From Eimeria praecox (taxonomy: Eukaryota), in NCBI GenBank assembly GCA_963920595.1, contig OY986946.1, positions 1,612,001 to 1,676,000 on the forward strand: a stretch of DNA of 64,000 nt, read 5' to 3'. A program made the position numbers and the translations under genes. How positions within the stretch are numbered: the first letter of the stretch is position 1; each line of letters starts with the position of its first letter. The notes below the pieces were generated by a model. The model worked only from the letters and a program-made list of their open reading frames with translations, was not told where the DNA came from and did no database searches. Below, one piece after another: positions 12,601-26,257 of the stretch.

Positions 12601-15600
12601 TCAGCGAAACCCCAACCTGAGCCATTGTCACTGCTACATGCAAACTCCGCAGGGGGCTCTCGACAGCCTGCAGAGAAAGAAGAAATACAGGCCTTGGGGA
12701 GGTCATTACATGTGGTTTTCCTTTCTAGAGGATCTACGCGCTTACACTGTTTAGCTACCCCAGATCGGCACGCTGCCAGTGCTCGACGTTCCATGAATTG
12801 AAGGACAGACAAGGCCTAAGCCTACCGTATCAGGTTCTGTTCCTTGGGACTTGGGAGAAGGCAACACCGCAAGAGGCCGTTCAGGACCGGTTCCTGGCTT
12901 TGGCCGGACTTCAATAATCATTGCATCACCTCGTTTCTCCGTCCTCACTATAATCTGGGGCATGTTAGGAAGGCCGAGGTTCACTTCATAACGTTTGTAC
13001 TGTGGTGTCTCCAGGTCCAGCGCGATGGGGCTCTTAGGAGCCACGGTCTTGCTGTCGATCCACAGGAGGACTTGGCACTGCGAAGCAGAGATAACGGCCA
13101 GTCAGCTAAACAGCTTAGCTCGAAACAAACAAGGTTGCAAGTCTTCAGGCAATGCACCACACAATCAAGCCAAACCGCGATGCCCCCAAAGCACAACCCC
13201 TGCACCTAGGAGTTGAGCTTGGCGGAACCAGCGCGAACAATGTATCTAGCACTTGATGTTTAAGAAGCATACATATCAGCATTAAGACGGGAACGCATGC
13301 ACATAGGGCAGCTGCGCTGCAACGCAGATAAAGGCAAGGTAAGAGAGCACAGAGGCAACGAGAAGCTGCATTCAAAGTCCATGAGGGGATTACCGGTCGC
13401 GAGGTGTATGTAAAGGGGAAGGGCCATCCATAAGCAACAGTCTCTCCTTCGTATGCGAAGAAATGAAAGTCGAAGTCCGGAAGTTTCATGGGCTGCCTGC
13501 TCCAGGTTGAGGAGGACGGGGAGAAGGAAGAAGACCCTCCTCCTATATCAGTGCTTTGCCCTTGCATGCTCATCTCCGTGTGGTATGTATGGACCATAAC
13601 TCTCTGAATCACGGGGCACCTGTTAATGACCAAGAACCCCTCCGAGTTTCCCTCAGCGCCCCGTATACAAATACTCTTAACGCCTCCATCAGGCGCCACT
13701 TCAACGCAGAAGACCCCTAAAAGCAAACAAACAGCAAAACAACCCAAGATGGCTTAGGCTATCTTCGAATCAGGGGAACATGGAACTCTCCTACATACGT
13801 ATTCCTTTGAAACCATTGCGAGCATCCGGCTGTAGGCCGTGGCCTAAAGGTTTTGGGATCGTTTGGCATGACAGCAGTGGAAATGACGAAGCCGCCTCCC
13901 TACCAGGTGCTGCGTCTCGTATGCCGTTGTACAGGGCAATCCAGCTCTTTCCTGCCGTCTCTTCACTAGCCACCACAGCGCCTGACCACGCGTAACCGTC
14001 ACCGGCTCCCGGGCGGAACTGAATCGCCTGTGGGAGATCGGAGCTTGCCCAGTAAACGGGGTAGCTTTGTCCCGGTTGAACTGCACATGCAGACACGCAA
14101 ATGGGGAAATGTGATGAAGTCTAAAGTATGTGTACCTCGTCAAGAGGGCACACAGGTCTGCAGCAGCATCCCCTCCATAATGCAAGTCGTCTCCACAGCT
14201 GCTCCTTTTCGCAGCAGGCAGGATCGAAAACCCTGCAGCGACAGGCTGTAAATACGGAAGCGGGGAAGCAGCCAGAGGGAATGTATGAACTACGACAGGC
14301 TGTGGCCCACCTTCGAAGGCAGGCCCTGGGGTGCCGTACTGCCGGAAGAATATCGGTATTTTCAGCGCATTCGTCAATATGAATTCGGGTACGAGAGAAA
14401 CGACTCGACAGATCGCTCCTAAAGAGAGCCAGTCACAAAAGCATAGACTCTGCAAGCCCTGTTCAACGGCTATTCAAGTTAGGCATCAGTCCCCATAGGG
14501 GCGGCATGTGTGATGGGGATGCAGGAAAGGGTGCATATTTGTGTGTCGGCGTGGGTATGGGGCCCACCTGCGGTTTCTGAAGGGTCCAACTTCTCGCTCC
14601 TGAGGCGCAAAGTGTAGCAACGGCCTTCGGCTTCAAGGCTTGCGTGGCTGTAGCCGCCCAGGGCGGGGACACTGACGCGGCATTCCATCGGGTGTCCCAG
14701 GCCCCTTCGTCTTGGGAGCAGCAGATTGACGTCGGATGCCTGCGAAGAAAGAGACACGGTTCTACACGATACGTTCACTTAACCCGTTGAGTCAGTCAGT
14801 CAAAGACAACGGGAAATGCTGCATGCAAATCAATATTTCTGTTGCTTGTGGCACGTCCGAGACGTTCAGGTTCAAGTGGGGGCAACATCTCAGAGGGGGG
14901 CAACAGGACTAGGAAAGCAGAAGCAAATCCATAGGAAGAAACGTACAGTGGAGTCTCCTAAGAGACTCTGACCGTCGAACTCGGGGAAGAAACGGCCATC
15001 CTGTACGGGGCGGACCCCCAAGCCTGTGCGGTCTATGAAGGCGCGCGGTGCCGCAATGACAGCTACCAGCTGCCGAGGTGAGATATGTGGCAGGAACGGT
15101 ATCACCTCCGCTGTGTCGTGCAGCACCTCCAGCTCAACTGAGGCGTGGTGACGCGACGGCAGCAGCACCCGGCTAACCACTTCGTCCTGCAGCTCTCCAC
15201 ACACTCACAGACTCGAGTCCTACTAAGTAGCCTTCAATACGCTTGCACAATTCGCATGCACTGGTAAGGAATAGCAACAAGCTCCAAATACATCCCCAAG
15301 GGCACACATTCAATATGATCCCAACTTTCGGGTTGTTCCGAGGTTTCGGCGCAAAGTGTTATGGAGAAGGGCAACGTGTCAACAACAGGGAGCTGCAGGG
15401 TAGTAGTAGCGTGAGGTCGTTGTGCTGCAGCCCTTCTGCAGCTCTGCAGCAAGATGCTTTGGCAATACCTGTGTGCTCAGCAAATCAGATATGATGGATG
15501 ACCACTCTGCACCTTCTAACATTGCAAAGCGCATTCGAAACCTCAAGGGCCTGTTGGGCGGCACGTCGTAGACTAAAAAGGTGGAGCGCCTCCTGAGGGT

Positions 15601-18600
15601 GGCGCTAAGAAGGGGTCGCTGCTGCAGCGCATGCAGCTCTTGCAGCGCCGCTTCAGCTGTCCTGGTGGTGGCTGGTGCCACGGAGAGCTGTCTTCGACTG
15701 GTTTTCAAAGAAGCTGATGAGGGGGCAACGTAAACGTCTAGCTCTGTCGTCGTGGCATTCACCAAAGTCAAAGAAGGGAAGATCGTCACCCTCTTCAACT
15801 CCTTTTCCGCAGGCAGGGCCCCCTTCCGCCCCTCAATGTGCACCAGGAAGTACAAGTTCCGCACTGTCTTTACACAGCCACCTCCTGTCCCAGCAGCAGC
15901 ACCACCACCATCACCACTAGCGGCGGGGCTCGTGCCCATGGAGGGAGAACCTGCAGTTTTGTGCTGCGCAGCCCCAGCTGATGTCCCTGGGCGACAGTCG
16001 GGGGGCAGGTAGGAACTCTGTCTGCAACGCAGTCCTTCCATGCGGTGTCGCGTGTCTATCATGTCGCACCACCCCGCGATACAGCTCATATCAGGTGGTG
16101 CGGGGATCACCTCGGCCTGTCAACAGTACCCCGACAAAAACAGCACAAACATAACCAATACAAGGTCTTCGTTGCATCCTGAATGCCTAACCTGCATGCA
16201 TCGACGTCCGCCGCTGCTTGCTGCTTGCTTATTGCTGATAACTGCTTGCTGCTTGCTGGCGGCTAGCACACGGCAATTAAGGTGAATGCAGGGCAGCAAG
16301 CTCGAACAAAAAGCAGCAAGCGCATCAACACCGGCAAGGGTAGCACTGTCGAGAAGAAACTCAGTTACTAACCTCCGTATCTGAGTCTGAGCGCTCGGAT
16401 GGGGATGCTTCTCGGTTAACTGCTGCTGCCGACGGTGCTGCAGTTGTTGTAGGGGCTTCTTCAGCGAAGGCTGCAGGTCGGAAGCAAACGTTGCACCATC
16501 CGGTGCCTAAGATGGCTCTCTGCGGCACGGAGAGGACGTGCTGGTTGGGGAGAAGAAACGTATATGTAAGCCTCTCGTTTGGTTGTGTTCCTTGCGGGGG
16601 GGAGTTGAGGAAGGCCTCTTCTGCTGATTCTTGGCGTTGCAGAGAGCGGTGATAGGTAGGTGACCTCGTGTACGCAGCGAAGCGGCCGGACTCCGTCAAG
16701 GCTCTCCTGAGGGGGGCTGAGGCGGTGCGGTTTAGTGTGGGCGACTTGGTGGCTGAAGCCTGCAGCAGCAGCATTAGCTGCTCCCTCTGCTGCAGCGTCT
16801 GGCGCCGTTGTACCTCTTTCCACCGTTCTTCCCGCTGTACCATCCACTCAGGGATCCTGGACAAGTCTGGGTGTAGAGACGACGGCTCATCCATAGACAG
16901 CTGCCCCTTCTTGCATGCAGAGGGTGGAGCTTCCCCGATGGCTTCCAGCGGGGCGTAGGCACCGTGGGCAGCCGGCAGCAGCAGGGGGTTTAGATCTGCG
17001 TCGAGAAAACATATTTCCAGGGGCATGCCGCTGCTGTTATGCACCAAGACAGTTGTCGAAAGCAGCAGCAACTTGTAGGATGGGTGCGGACTCAACACCT
17101 GGCATATCGCCTCGCTGCTGGTGTCCACGTGGGCCAGTGGTAGAGGAGCCGAGAAGCTGCTGCTGATAGTTGAAGGTTCCCCGCTGCGCTGCTGATGAGC
17201 CTCCGCCCCAGCTCCTCTCATCTGCCGCGGCTCTGCATCCACGAAGGCGGGCGACCCTGCACACGACACCCCAGTCAGGCCAGAGGCATTAACCAATCCG
17301 CAGCAAGCGAGCTTCAGGCACAAAAACCACGACTGCAAGGAGGCCCCAAAGCTGCTTAAGCGCAGGAGTCAGCTCTCACGAGTTGCTGCGTTTGCACCAG
17401 TTGGACACCGCGAGAAGCAGCAGAGCGCGCAGACACAAAAGCAGCCAGCAACAGTCGCATCAGCAGCACCACCAGCCGCATCAGCAGCAGCAACAGCAGC
17501 AGCGAAAGTAACGGTGTGACACACCTGAACCCGGTCGCGGGACACTGAGGAATTCCGCTTTGGCAGGAGTACGATAGCTTTTCTGAGGCGCTCCGCTGCC
17601 TGGTGCAGTTTCGAGGCCTGTCGGGTTTCTTCCTGTTTCTTGTGGAACCGAATTCAGCGGGTTGTCGATGTCTTGCTGCTGCCACTTTTGTTGCTGCTGC
17701 TGCGCATGCTGCTCCTGCTTCGGTAGTTCCTGTTTATCCTGGGTTCCCGCGGCAGTGGAGATCGCCGAGGCAAGGCTAGAAGTGTCACTAAGCGTATGGC
17801 CCAAGGGGATACCCGAAGGCTTCCTGTCCAGTGTCAACGAGCTGCGCAGTCGCTGCAGCTGTCGGACAGCAAACTTGTTGCTGCTGCTACTGCTGCTGCT
17901 GCTTGTCCCTTTAGTGCTGCCGCCCAGGAACCTCTCTGCAGTAGTGGTGGCTAGGTTGCCTGAGCCTGCAGGGCCACGGAGAGCCGCTGCTGCTGCCGCT
18001 GCGTTGCATATACGGCTGGATACTGAATGTCTGACAGGGGGTAGCAAAGCCACACAGCAGTTGCGCATACTGTCTACAGCCACAGCTTTCGTGCCTCTCG
18101 CGAAGGGGCCTATGGCTGGAGGGGATGGATCAATTCCTCCCTCCGACAGCCTACGGGGCGACGCTGCTGCTGCTACTGCAGGTGCTCCTGTTGCTCCTGC
18201 TGTTTTGGGACTTTGCGATCCCTCCAGCCCTTTGTCTTGTTGCTGCTGCTGCTTGTCGGCTGCCGGTCCAATAAGCATTGCTGCAGCGGACTGTGCAGTG
18301 GGGGAAGATGGTGAAGTAGATACAGTGGCCTGGTGGTGCCCGAGGGCGAGAGATGCCATGTTTCGAACTCTGATTTTTCTGCGCATTTCTTCGTTGGTAG
18401 TGAGGAAGCTAAGAGTGTGCTGCACGTCTTGCGTGGACATGATGCTGCGGCAGATGGAAGGGACGGAGACAGAAGGGAACATCTTCTTCAGCTGCAGCAC
18501 AGACTCCACGGGGGGGCAATTCGTTATATAAAACCGCTGCCGACTGCGAGAGCGACGCGAGGCCTCCGCCGTGCGGCGCTGTAGCAGACCGTCCAAAGGC

Positions 18601-19625
18601 AGCGGAGATGAAGACCCCGGCACTAGCAGCAGTAAACTGTCCACAGTTTGCACGTCGGGGTCGTCGCCCCCACTTCGCAGCCCACTCCGGCTGCTGCTGC
18701 TGCTGCTGCTGTTCGATTGGTGGTCCTTGCTGCTGCCCCGGATTCCCCTGCCCAATTTGTGCATGGTGAAAGCGTAGAGGCATTCTCCTGTCAGGTTCAA
18801 GTAGCGGAAGGCGGCTTCCGCCTCCCTGCCCTTGGAAGCGACAGCAGCTGCTGTCGCGGCGACTGCTGCAGCAGCTGCTGCTGCAGCGGCAGATGCAGCC
18901 TCTCCCTCGCTGCAGCTCCGCGCTAACCGAGCACAGATGTCCTTGTGCAGCTCTACGGTATCGTCCTGCGCTGCGTCACCCTCCACCTGCAGCACAGGGG
19001 GGCTGAGGCCTGCAGCAGCAGCCGAAGAACTGCGGGAGACTGTCGCGGGGCTGAGACATCTTCTATTGGGTCCCTCCCTGCTGCCCTTTTGGTCTAGACT
19101 AGGAACGCCACCTTCAGTAAGGTGCGCCAGCAGGTAAGGCAAGAACCACGCGAAGAGCTCGCACAGCTGCGGCGTGCAGTTAAGCCAGAAGGGAGACTGG
19201 CTGTGCAGCATCAGTGTCCTTGCAGCCTTGAACGACCCCCAGGGGTCTTCCCCCGGGGGCAATTCTAAGGCCCCCACTTGCGCTTGCTGTCGCTGCAACA
19301 GCTGCTGCTTCTCTTCTGCATAGTCTCGCCGATACACTGCAGTCACGTCCAGCTTTTCTATGAACGGCTCCCAGCAACCTGCCTTAGCGTTGAGGTAGTC
19401 CAGCCCACAAGAGAAATCCCGCAGAGCCACTTGCAGCTGCGCAGCTGTTATGTCGAAGACCAGACCCCCGGCTGCCAGCCGCAGCTGCAGCACGGGCATC
19501 ACCGAGGACCGCAGGTCGTCTAGCAACAGCAACTGTGCCCCCTCTAAACACAATGATATCTTGGCTGTACGCTCCACAAGAGGGGGAAGCTGCTGCGAAA
19601 CCCGCTTGTCCACATCTTCCTGCTG

Positions 19626-19656
<31 letters not shown>

Positions 19657-22600
19657 GCGCACGTCTCAGGGAAGCGGATAGGAGGTGGCTGCTGTGGAGG
19701 ACAGACACTTGGCCCATCGGAATGCAGGCCCTGCGCAGCAGCTAGAAGCAACGCCATGTCTCTGCTTGAGACCCGCAAGAAAAAAACTGCAGAAACCCAA
19801 AGCCAACAGCATACACCGACACGATCGCCAGTCACACCCGCAGAAGCAGCAGCAACAGCCACCGCAGCGGCAGCAGCAGATCCACCAACGACCGCAACAG
19901 CAGCAACGACCGCAGCAGCCGCAACAGCGGCCTCAACACCAGCAGCAGAAGCAGCAGCAACAACAACAGCAGTAGCAACACCAGCGGCAGCTGCAACTAC
20001 CAACGTACGTGGAATATCGAATGACAAGTCGATGACGGTAGACACACGAAGCTGGGCCTTTGGTCCCACTTCTTCCCGTTCGCCTGGTATGTGCTGCAGG
20101 GGATCCTCCGGATCTGAAGGATGCTTTCCTTGTTGCTGCTGCTTCCGCAGCTCTTGCTGCTGCTGCTGTGCAGGTGGAAGTCCCTCATCGGTCTCGGCCG
20201 CGTTCTGTCGCTGCTGCTGCCGCTGTTTCTGCTCCTCCTGCTGTTTGGGAGTAGCAGAAGTAGACCCGCTAGACAGAGGAGGGGCGCGCCTGCCCCCTGG
20301 GGGAGAGATGGAGCTGGGGGGCAGCTTGGCAGCAGCAGCAGAGAAGGCTTGCTGCATTCGATGAACTGCTGCTGGGACCCTAGCATGGCCACTCTGCGGC
20401 GTAGTAGCAGCAGCACCCTGATTGTTCCCTTGCGTCTGCTCATGCTGTTGCTGGTGCTGCCCCTGCTGCTGTTTCTGCCCCTGCTGCTGCTCCGTCGATT
20501 CGCCTCCGTCGTTAGGAACCAGAGGCGTCGAGCGGTATGTGCCTCTTCCCTCGAGGTGGAACTGCTCACAAAGCAGTACGGCACTGGCGGGGTCTGTGTG
20601 GGGAGCCAAACGTTCAGGAGAAGGGCCTCCTCCTGAGACGAGCTGCTGCAGCTGTTGCAGCTGCTGCATGTGAGTCCAGTCTCGCATCATTTGCTGCGGC
20701 CTGTGCGTCTCCTGCTGCTGCTTCCAGTCACTGTACATCGCTGTCTCTGCTGATTGCTGCCGGACGCCGCGGGGCGAGTCCGAAAATTCGAAGCTGCAGC
20801 CGTACCTGCTGCTGCTGTTGTCGTTCCTCCCGCTGCTGCTGCTGCTGTCAGTGCTTCCCCAGCGTACAGTTCTCGCCCCCGCCGACCCTTCTTTCGCGCG
20901 TCTGTGCTGTTCTGCTGCAGCATCAAAGGAGGCAGCAGACGTATTATCCGTGCTGCATGAGCTGGTGTTGCTGTCTTGTGCAGTGTAGACTGCCCTGTGG
21001 GGCTGAGGCCTGATGGGCAGCGGAGCTGCATTGAGGCGGCATATTTTGCTGCCTAGGACCTTCACGCGTTCAAATGAGATTTCGTCGCCTTTCATGCTGA
21101 GGTCAACAAGGAAATCGCTAGACCAAACAATAATAGGAGCCGCTGGCGACTGCAGCGCGGAGTAAACCACGAAACACCCCCTACGGATGCTAACAGACAC
21201 CCGAAAAGGCCTCTCTCTTAGCGCCTCCCCAGACAACAGCAATGCCATCGCATCTCCCCGCGCACTGTCAGGAGACTTGGATTCGCTGGAGGGAGCATCG
21301 CATGCCCTCTTCTCTCCCCCACCCTGCTGCTGCTGCGCCTGTTGCTGCTGCTGTTGTTGTTGTTTCTCTGCATTCTTCAGCAGAGTTGGGAGAGGCTTTG
21401 GGTAGGAGCGCATAGAACTGAAGGCCCAAGAAGAGGTGAAGTAGCTGAGAATGTCCATAAAAGCCACGAGAAGAAGATAAACGGTGACGCCGGAGAACTG
21501 AAAGTCCATATACGACTCTCGAAGCGACGAGCCGAACTCAAACTGAACCCCCGGAGCCCTGCTGCTGCGTCTGTGAAGTGAATCGGCACCTTCTGAGGAG
21601 TCGCTTTCCTCTTCGCCGTGGCTGTCTGGTGGCAGCTCTTCCCCCACCTCCCCGCAGCAGCGGCTGTCTGCAGGTGCTGTGCAGTGGGCGACGCGTTTGA
21701 AGTAGTTGGCGGAGTTAGAGCGGAGATCATCGATGCTGAACTCTTCTGCACACAGCAGAAAGCGGTAGCAGGAGAGCAGCCGCGAGACCGAGACTGCTAC
21801 TTTGGCAGTAATGCGGTGGAGTGACAGCAGTGCTAGGGGAGCCTCTGCACCGTAAGAGGCCTCAAGTGTCAGCTGAGGTATCACAATGTGACACTCAACG
21901 GCCAGAGGTGGCGTCTCCAGCTCGCGACGCAGAGCTGATTCGTCTACACAACCACCAACGCTAGCGCCAGCACTGCTGTCCACTGCTGTTCCTGCTGTTG
22001 CAGGTGTGTAGCCCTGACCGCCAATGTTCTCGTTGATGACGTCCAACACCAAAGTGAGCTGTTGCCGTGACAGGTGCAGTAGCCAAGCCGTTGTCTCCGC
22101 CTCTATGGACAGCGAAGTTGGTGCGCTGCGCAGCAGCATGCGAGCCTCAACATTCTCTAGCAAGCAGCCTCCTACTGCTGGTTCTTGTGTGTTATCACTG
22201 GCGCTAATCTGCATGCCTCGCATTTCCAGCCTCAAGTCCGAGCAAATAACCTCTCCCTGAGGTCCTTCGTCTGCTGTCTTCAGCTCTCCAGAATCCGTTG
22301 CTGCGTTCATGCCCTCTCCCTCCCCCACCACTGACAAAAACCCGCTGGCACCGAATGACGGCGGACGCAGGAGACTGGAGGCAAAATGTTCGTCTTGCTG
22401 CTGCTCGTGCTGTTGTTGTTCATGCTGCTCATGTTGCTGCTCCCGCGGCTGCTCATGAGATGGATGGCTGACTATCGCTGGGACATACGCGTTATGTACT
22501 TTGAGGTTTCCGAGGTCAAAGACGATGAAACGCCCCAAATGACTCACCTCCACCTCCATCTGTGAAGGATCGGTTGCTGCATTTGCCACTGTGGGAGCTA

Positions 22601-25600
22601 TGGCCACCCCCGTCGCCGCAGCAACAGCACCAGCAGCAGCAGACTGCCTCTGCCTGCGGTCCAGCCTCTTGGGCATCCTGTATCCTGGGGGAACCACATA
22701 TCCTGGAATGGCTGCTTTGTCCTCTGCTAAAATAAACAGAGGTGACTGTATGTCTAAAGCGAAGAGGCAATACGAGGCCGCCGCCGCCTCCTTCACTGCT
22801 CTGTACGACTTGGAAATAAATACATCAAAGATGCCATCTCGCAGGTAGTTCAAAGTACGCGAGACGTCCTGCTGTCTGTACACAAAACATATTTGCTCCA
22901 TCTGGCCTTCAAGACACATCGAATACGGCAGCACTGCACCCGTTATCGGGTCGGGGCCCCCATACTGACGCAGGCGTGCGGTAAACAAACATGTAGAAGG
23001 AGGGCGTCGCCCTTCACCGTCAGCTCCTGCTGCTTCTGTGCCAGCTTCTGGTGTCGCTGATGCTTCAGGTGCTGCAGCTGCTCCATGCGCAGCTGCTGCA
23101 GGTGCTGTTGCAGCACCACAAGCTCCGAGTGAGGAGGAAGAAGCCTTCCTTTCCACCGATGCTGCATCTTCGGCTGTGGCGTTCGTGGGTCCCCGCCGCT
23201 GTGGCTGGGCTGGGGGTCTGTAAGCGGAGCGCGGAGCCAAGACACATCTGTCTCTGAAGACAACACCGCCGTCTCCAATAGAAAACGTGGTTTCGGTGTC
23301 TCCGTTAGAGTAGAAGTGGCTGCAGGCCCTCAACTCCTTTAAAGCCATCCGTGCAAGCACCACCTCATTCGTCTCCCAGAAGGCAATCGCGAATTCTCGA
23401 AAGGTCAGATTCAGCTCCAGCCCCACGCGCGGCATTTGTTTCTGCAGCTCCTGCTGCAGCTGCTGCTGTGTTGCTCCAGGCGTCTCCGGTGCATCGGCTC
23501 CTCCTGCTGCTCCTGCTCCAGCTGCTGCAGCTGTTTCTGCAGCAGCGGCTCCTTCCTGGGAGACCTTCCATGCTGCATCGCAGCATCGGTGAATCGCTAG
23601 CGGGGGCAGGACGCCCCCTAGGTCCAGTCCCGTTCGCAGCCAATCTCTACCTGTGGGTTTCCTGCGGAGCGTCAGGGAGGAGCCGGTGTTGGAGCGGCTT
23701 TTAAGGCTGAAGCTGCGTTGCATATCTGCTGCTGCTTGCATGCCTTCGCCATCTGCCCCGAAAGACAAGGTCTGCTGCACCGTCTGCAGGGTGTCGTGTA
23801 CTGCAGCCACTGTCTCCTTGGACAGAAGGCCCCGGGGCCCCAGAGCAGCAGCGGAAGCCTCCGATAGCTCATCCAGATGTAGCTGCACCCGGCCTCGAAT
23901 GGTCTCTCTGTATAGCTCCAGTGTCTGCAAGATGCGCCTCAGGCTCTGTTGTCGCCAGTGCAGCTCCACCGGGAGTGAAGTTACTGCAAGGGTTGCCTTG
24001 GGGGCAGCAGCAGCAGCAGCAGCAGCATCCGCTGCTACCGCTGCTCCTGCACCTGCTGCTGCTGTTGCTTCTGGCGCACCAGCTGCTGCTGATGGCAAAG
24101 GCTGTGCTGCTCTTGTATTGCCAGTGCCTAGCGCCACCTCCAACTCAACCCTCAAGCTCTTCTCCATATCTTCTACAGCATCATGAAACTCTTCCTCTTC
24201 CGTCGCCCCTCCCACAGAACTGGCGTTGCGCAGAGGCAGACTGCCGCTGCGCCCCAAGCTGGCACTGCTGCGGCTAGTTGCCAGCTCGACCTAAACAACA
24301 GCAGCACAGCAGCAGCAAAAGGTCACTAGACCCCCTTCCCAAAAGAACAATCTAAAGAAGTGCTTCCGATCACAGCGTGCGAAACGTGCTTGAGGGAGCA
24401 TGGACTCTGTCAGAAGCAGCCCCAGTGGAAGAAAGGAAGAACTACGGTTACAAGCACGGACTTCACATACACATGCGCAAGAGAGAGGCAAAAAACAATA
24501 ACCACATTCCCCTTCTCGCCGCTCTCTCCTAGGCCTCCCTCTGCACCCTCTCAGCGGAGGCGCATGAAACGAAGCACAGGAGCAGTATGAGCAGCACAAC
24601 GATCGGCCGCAACAGCAGCACAACAAGCGGCAGTAACAGCAGCAGCAGCGAAGTTCCCACGTACGCTTTCTGAAGGGCTGCCATGGGTTTGTAAGGACAA
24701 GAAGAGGGGCGAATCGGTGGAAGGGTCTGAGACAAGAACCTGGTGCAGCTCAGCAACAGCCCCACACTTGCCGGAGGCGAGATCTGCGGTCAGCTGCATC
24801 TGCAGATCTGTTAACTCTGCCTGTAGCACAGGGGGCCCTGTCTCTCCTCCCGCTGCAGACACCTTATCCTTCTCCGCGAGCCCTCTTATCAAAAATCCGC
24901 AACGGCCAAATCGCCACGTAGATGCAAACACAAGCTGCGACCTCGGCTCCGTATCAGCAACGCTGCTGCTGCTGCTGCTGCTGCTGCTGGTATTGTTTGA
25001 GGCATCGCCGACCGGCTCGTTGGTAACCGCGTCGTCGCCGCTGCAGGGAGCGTCTGTTTCCTCCCCCACACCAGCAATTCCAGCATCTACAAGGGGAGGA
25101 GCAGGCGGTGGGCCAGGAGGAGACTCTGTAGCTGCATGCGTTGCTTCTGCTGCGTCGGCTGCTGCTGCCGGTAAAGGTTCAGCGACTGTCGGTCCTGCTG
25201 TTTCCCCAGGGCCCCCTTCGTCTTCAAGAGCGGGTCGGTGCTGCAGCATGACAGCCGTTGTGGCGGCTTTGCCTGGACGTTCTGCTGCCGGTGCTGCTGC
25301 TGCTGCTGTTGCTGGCGCTTGTGTTCGTGGCTGTTGCCTGTGTGTCGCCGCTTGCTGGGGCCGAGCCTGAAGGAGTGACTTAGCCATAGATGCCGGTACT
25401 GCAATGAGGAGTCCTATGGCCTCTGGAGTGAGTTCGAGGAAGATTTCTTCAAAGAGGATATTAAGACGAATATCTTTCATCTTAAGAACCTCTACGTGCA
25501 TGCGAATGGGAATTGGCCGCAAAATTGAAACCTCCTGGTGGCCTGTTGGGGCACATATGAGCCGCGTCTCGTTAAACTCAAGTACCCCCCGCAGAGCATC

Positions 25601-26224
25601 ATACGGACAGGCGCCGTCTGACCTCAGCGAGAGAGTTCCTAAGTGCAGAGCTACGCTGCCAGCCCCTTTTCCGTCCAAGTTCAATATAGGAGCCGCCACC
25701 AGCAAATCCAGCTGCACCAAATCCGGCAAATGCTGCACTGCTGCCTCGTACACCGTCTCCCCCGTTTCTCGTAGGCCCTCCACAAACTCGCTCTTCCTCA
25801 TCTCGTCCACTTCTGTCGCCACTTTGCTGCTGCTGCTCCTCATTCCCCGTTGCTCTCCCTCCTCATCCGCTCCATCGGCCCATTCGGATCCAGCAGCACC
25901 ACCAGCAGTGCCAGTAGCGACGCCTGCAGCACTGCCTGCAGCTCGTCGCTCCTCCTCCTCCTCCAAACGCCGTACGTCTGCTGGCGTCTCAAACACGAAA
26001 AAGTCGCACAGAGTCCTCACCAACTCCGGCTTTATTGCTGCCACCAGCGGGGCTAGCCGAATGTACACCCCTAAGATATTCCCAGTGGGGGTCAGATCAT
26101 GTCGCAGCTCCAGCCGCGCTGCTGTGAGATAAGGCGCAGCAACGCCTGAAGGTGAGGAAAGTGCTGCTGCGGTGCTGCTGCGGCTGTAGCTCCAATTGCT
26201 GCTACTGCCGCTGTTGCTTCTCCA

Positions 26225-26257
<33 letters not shown>

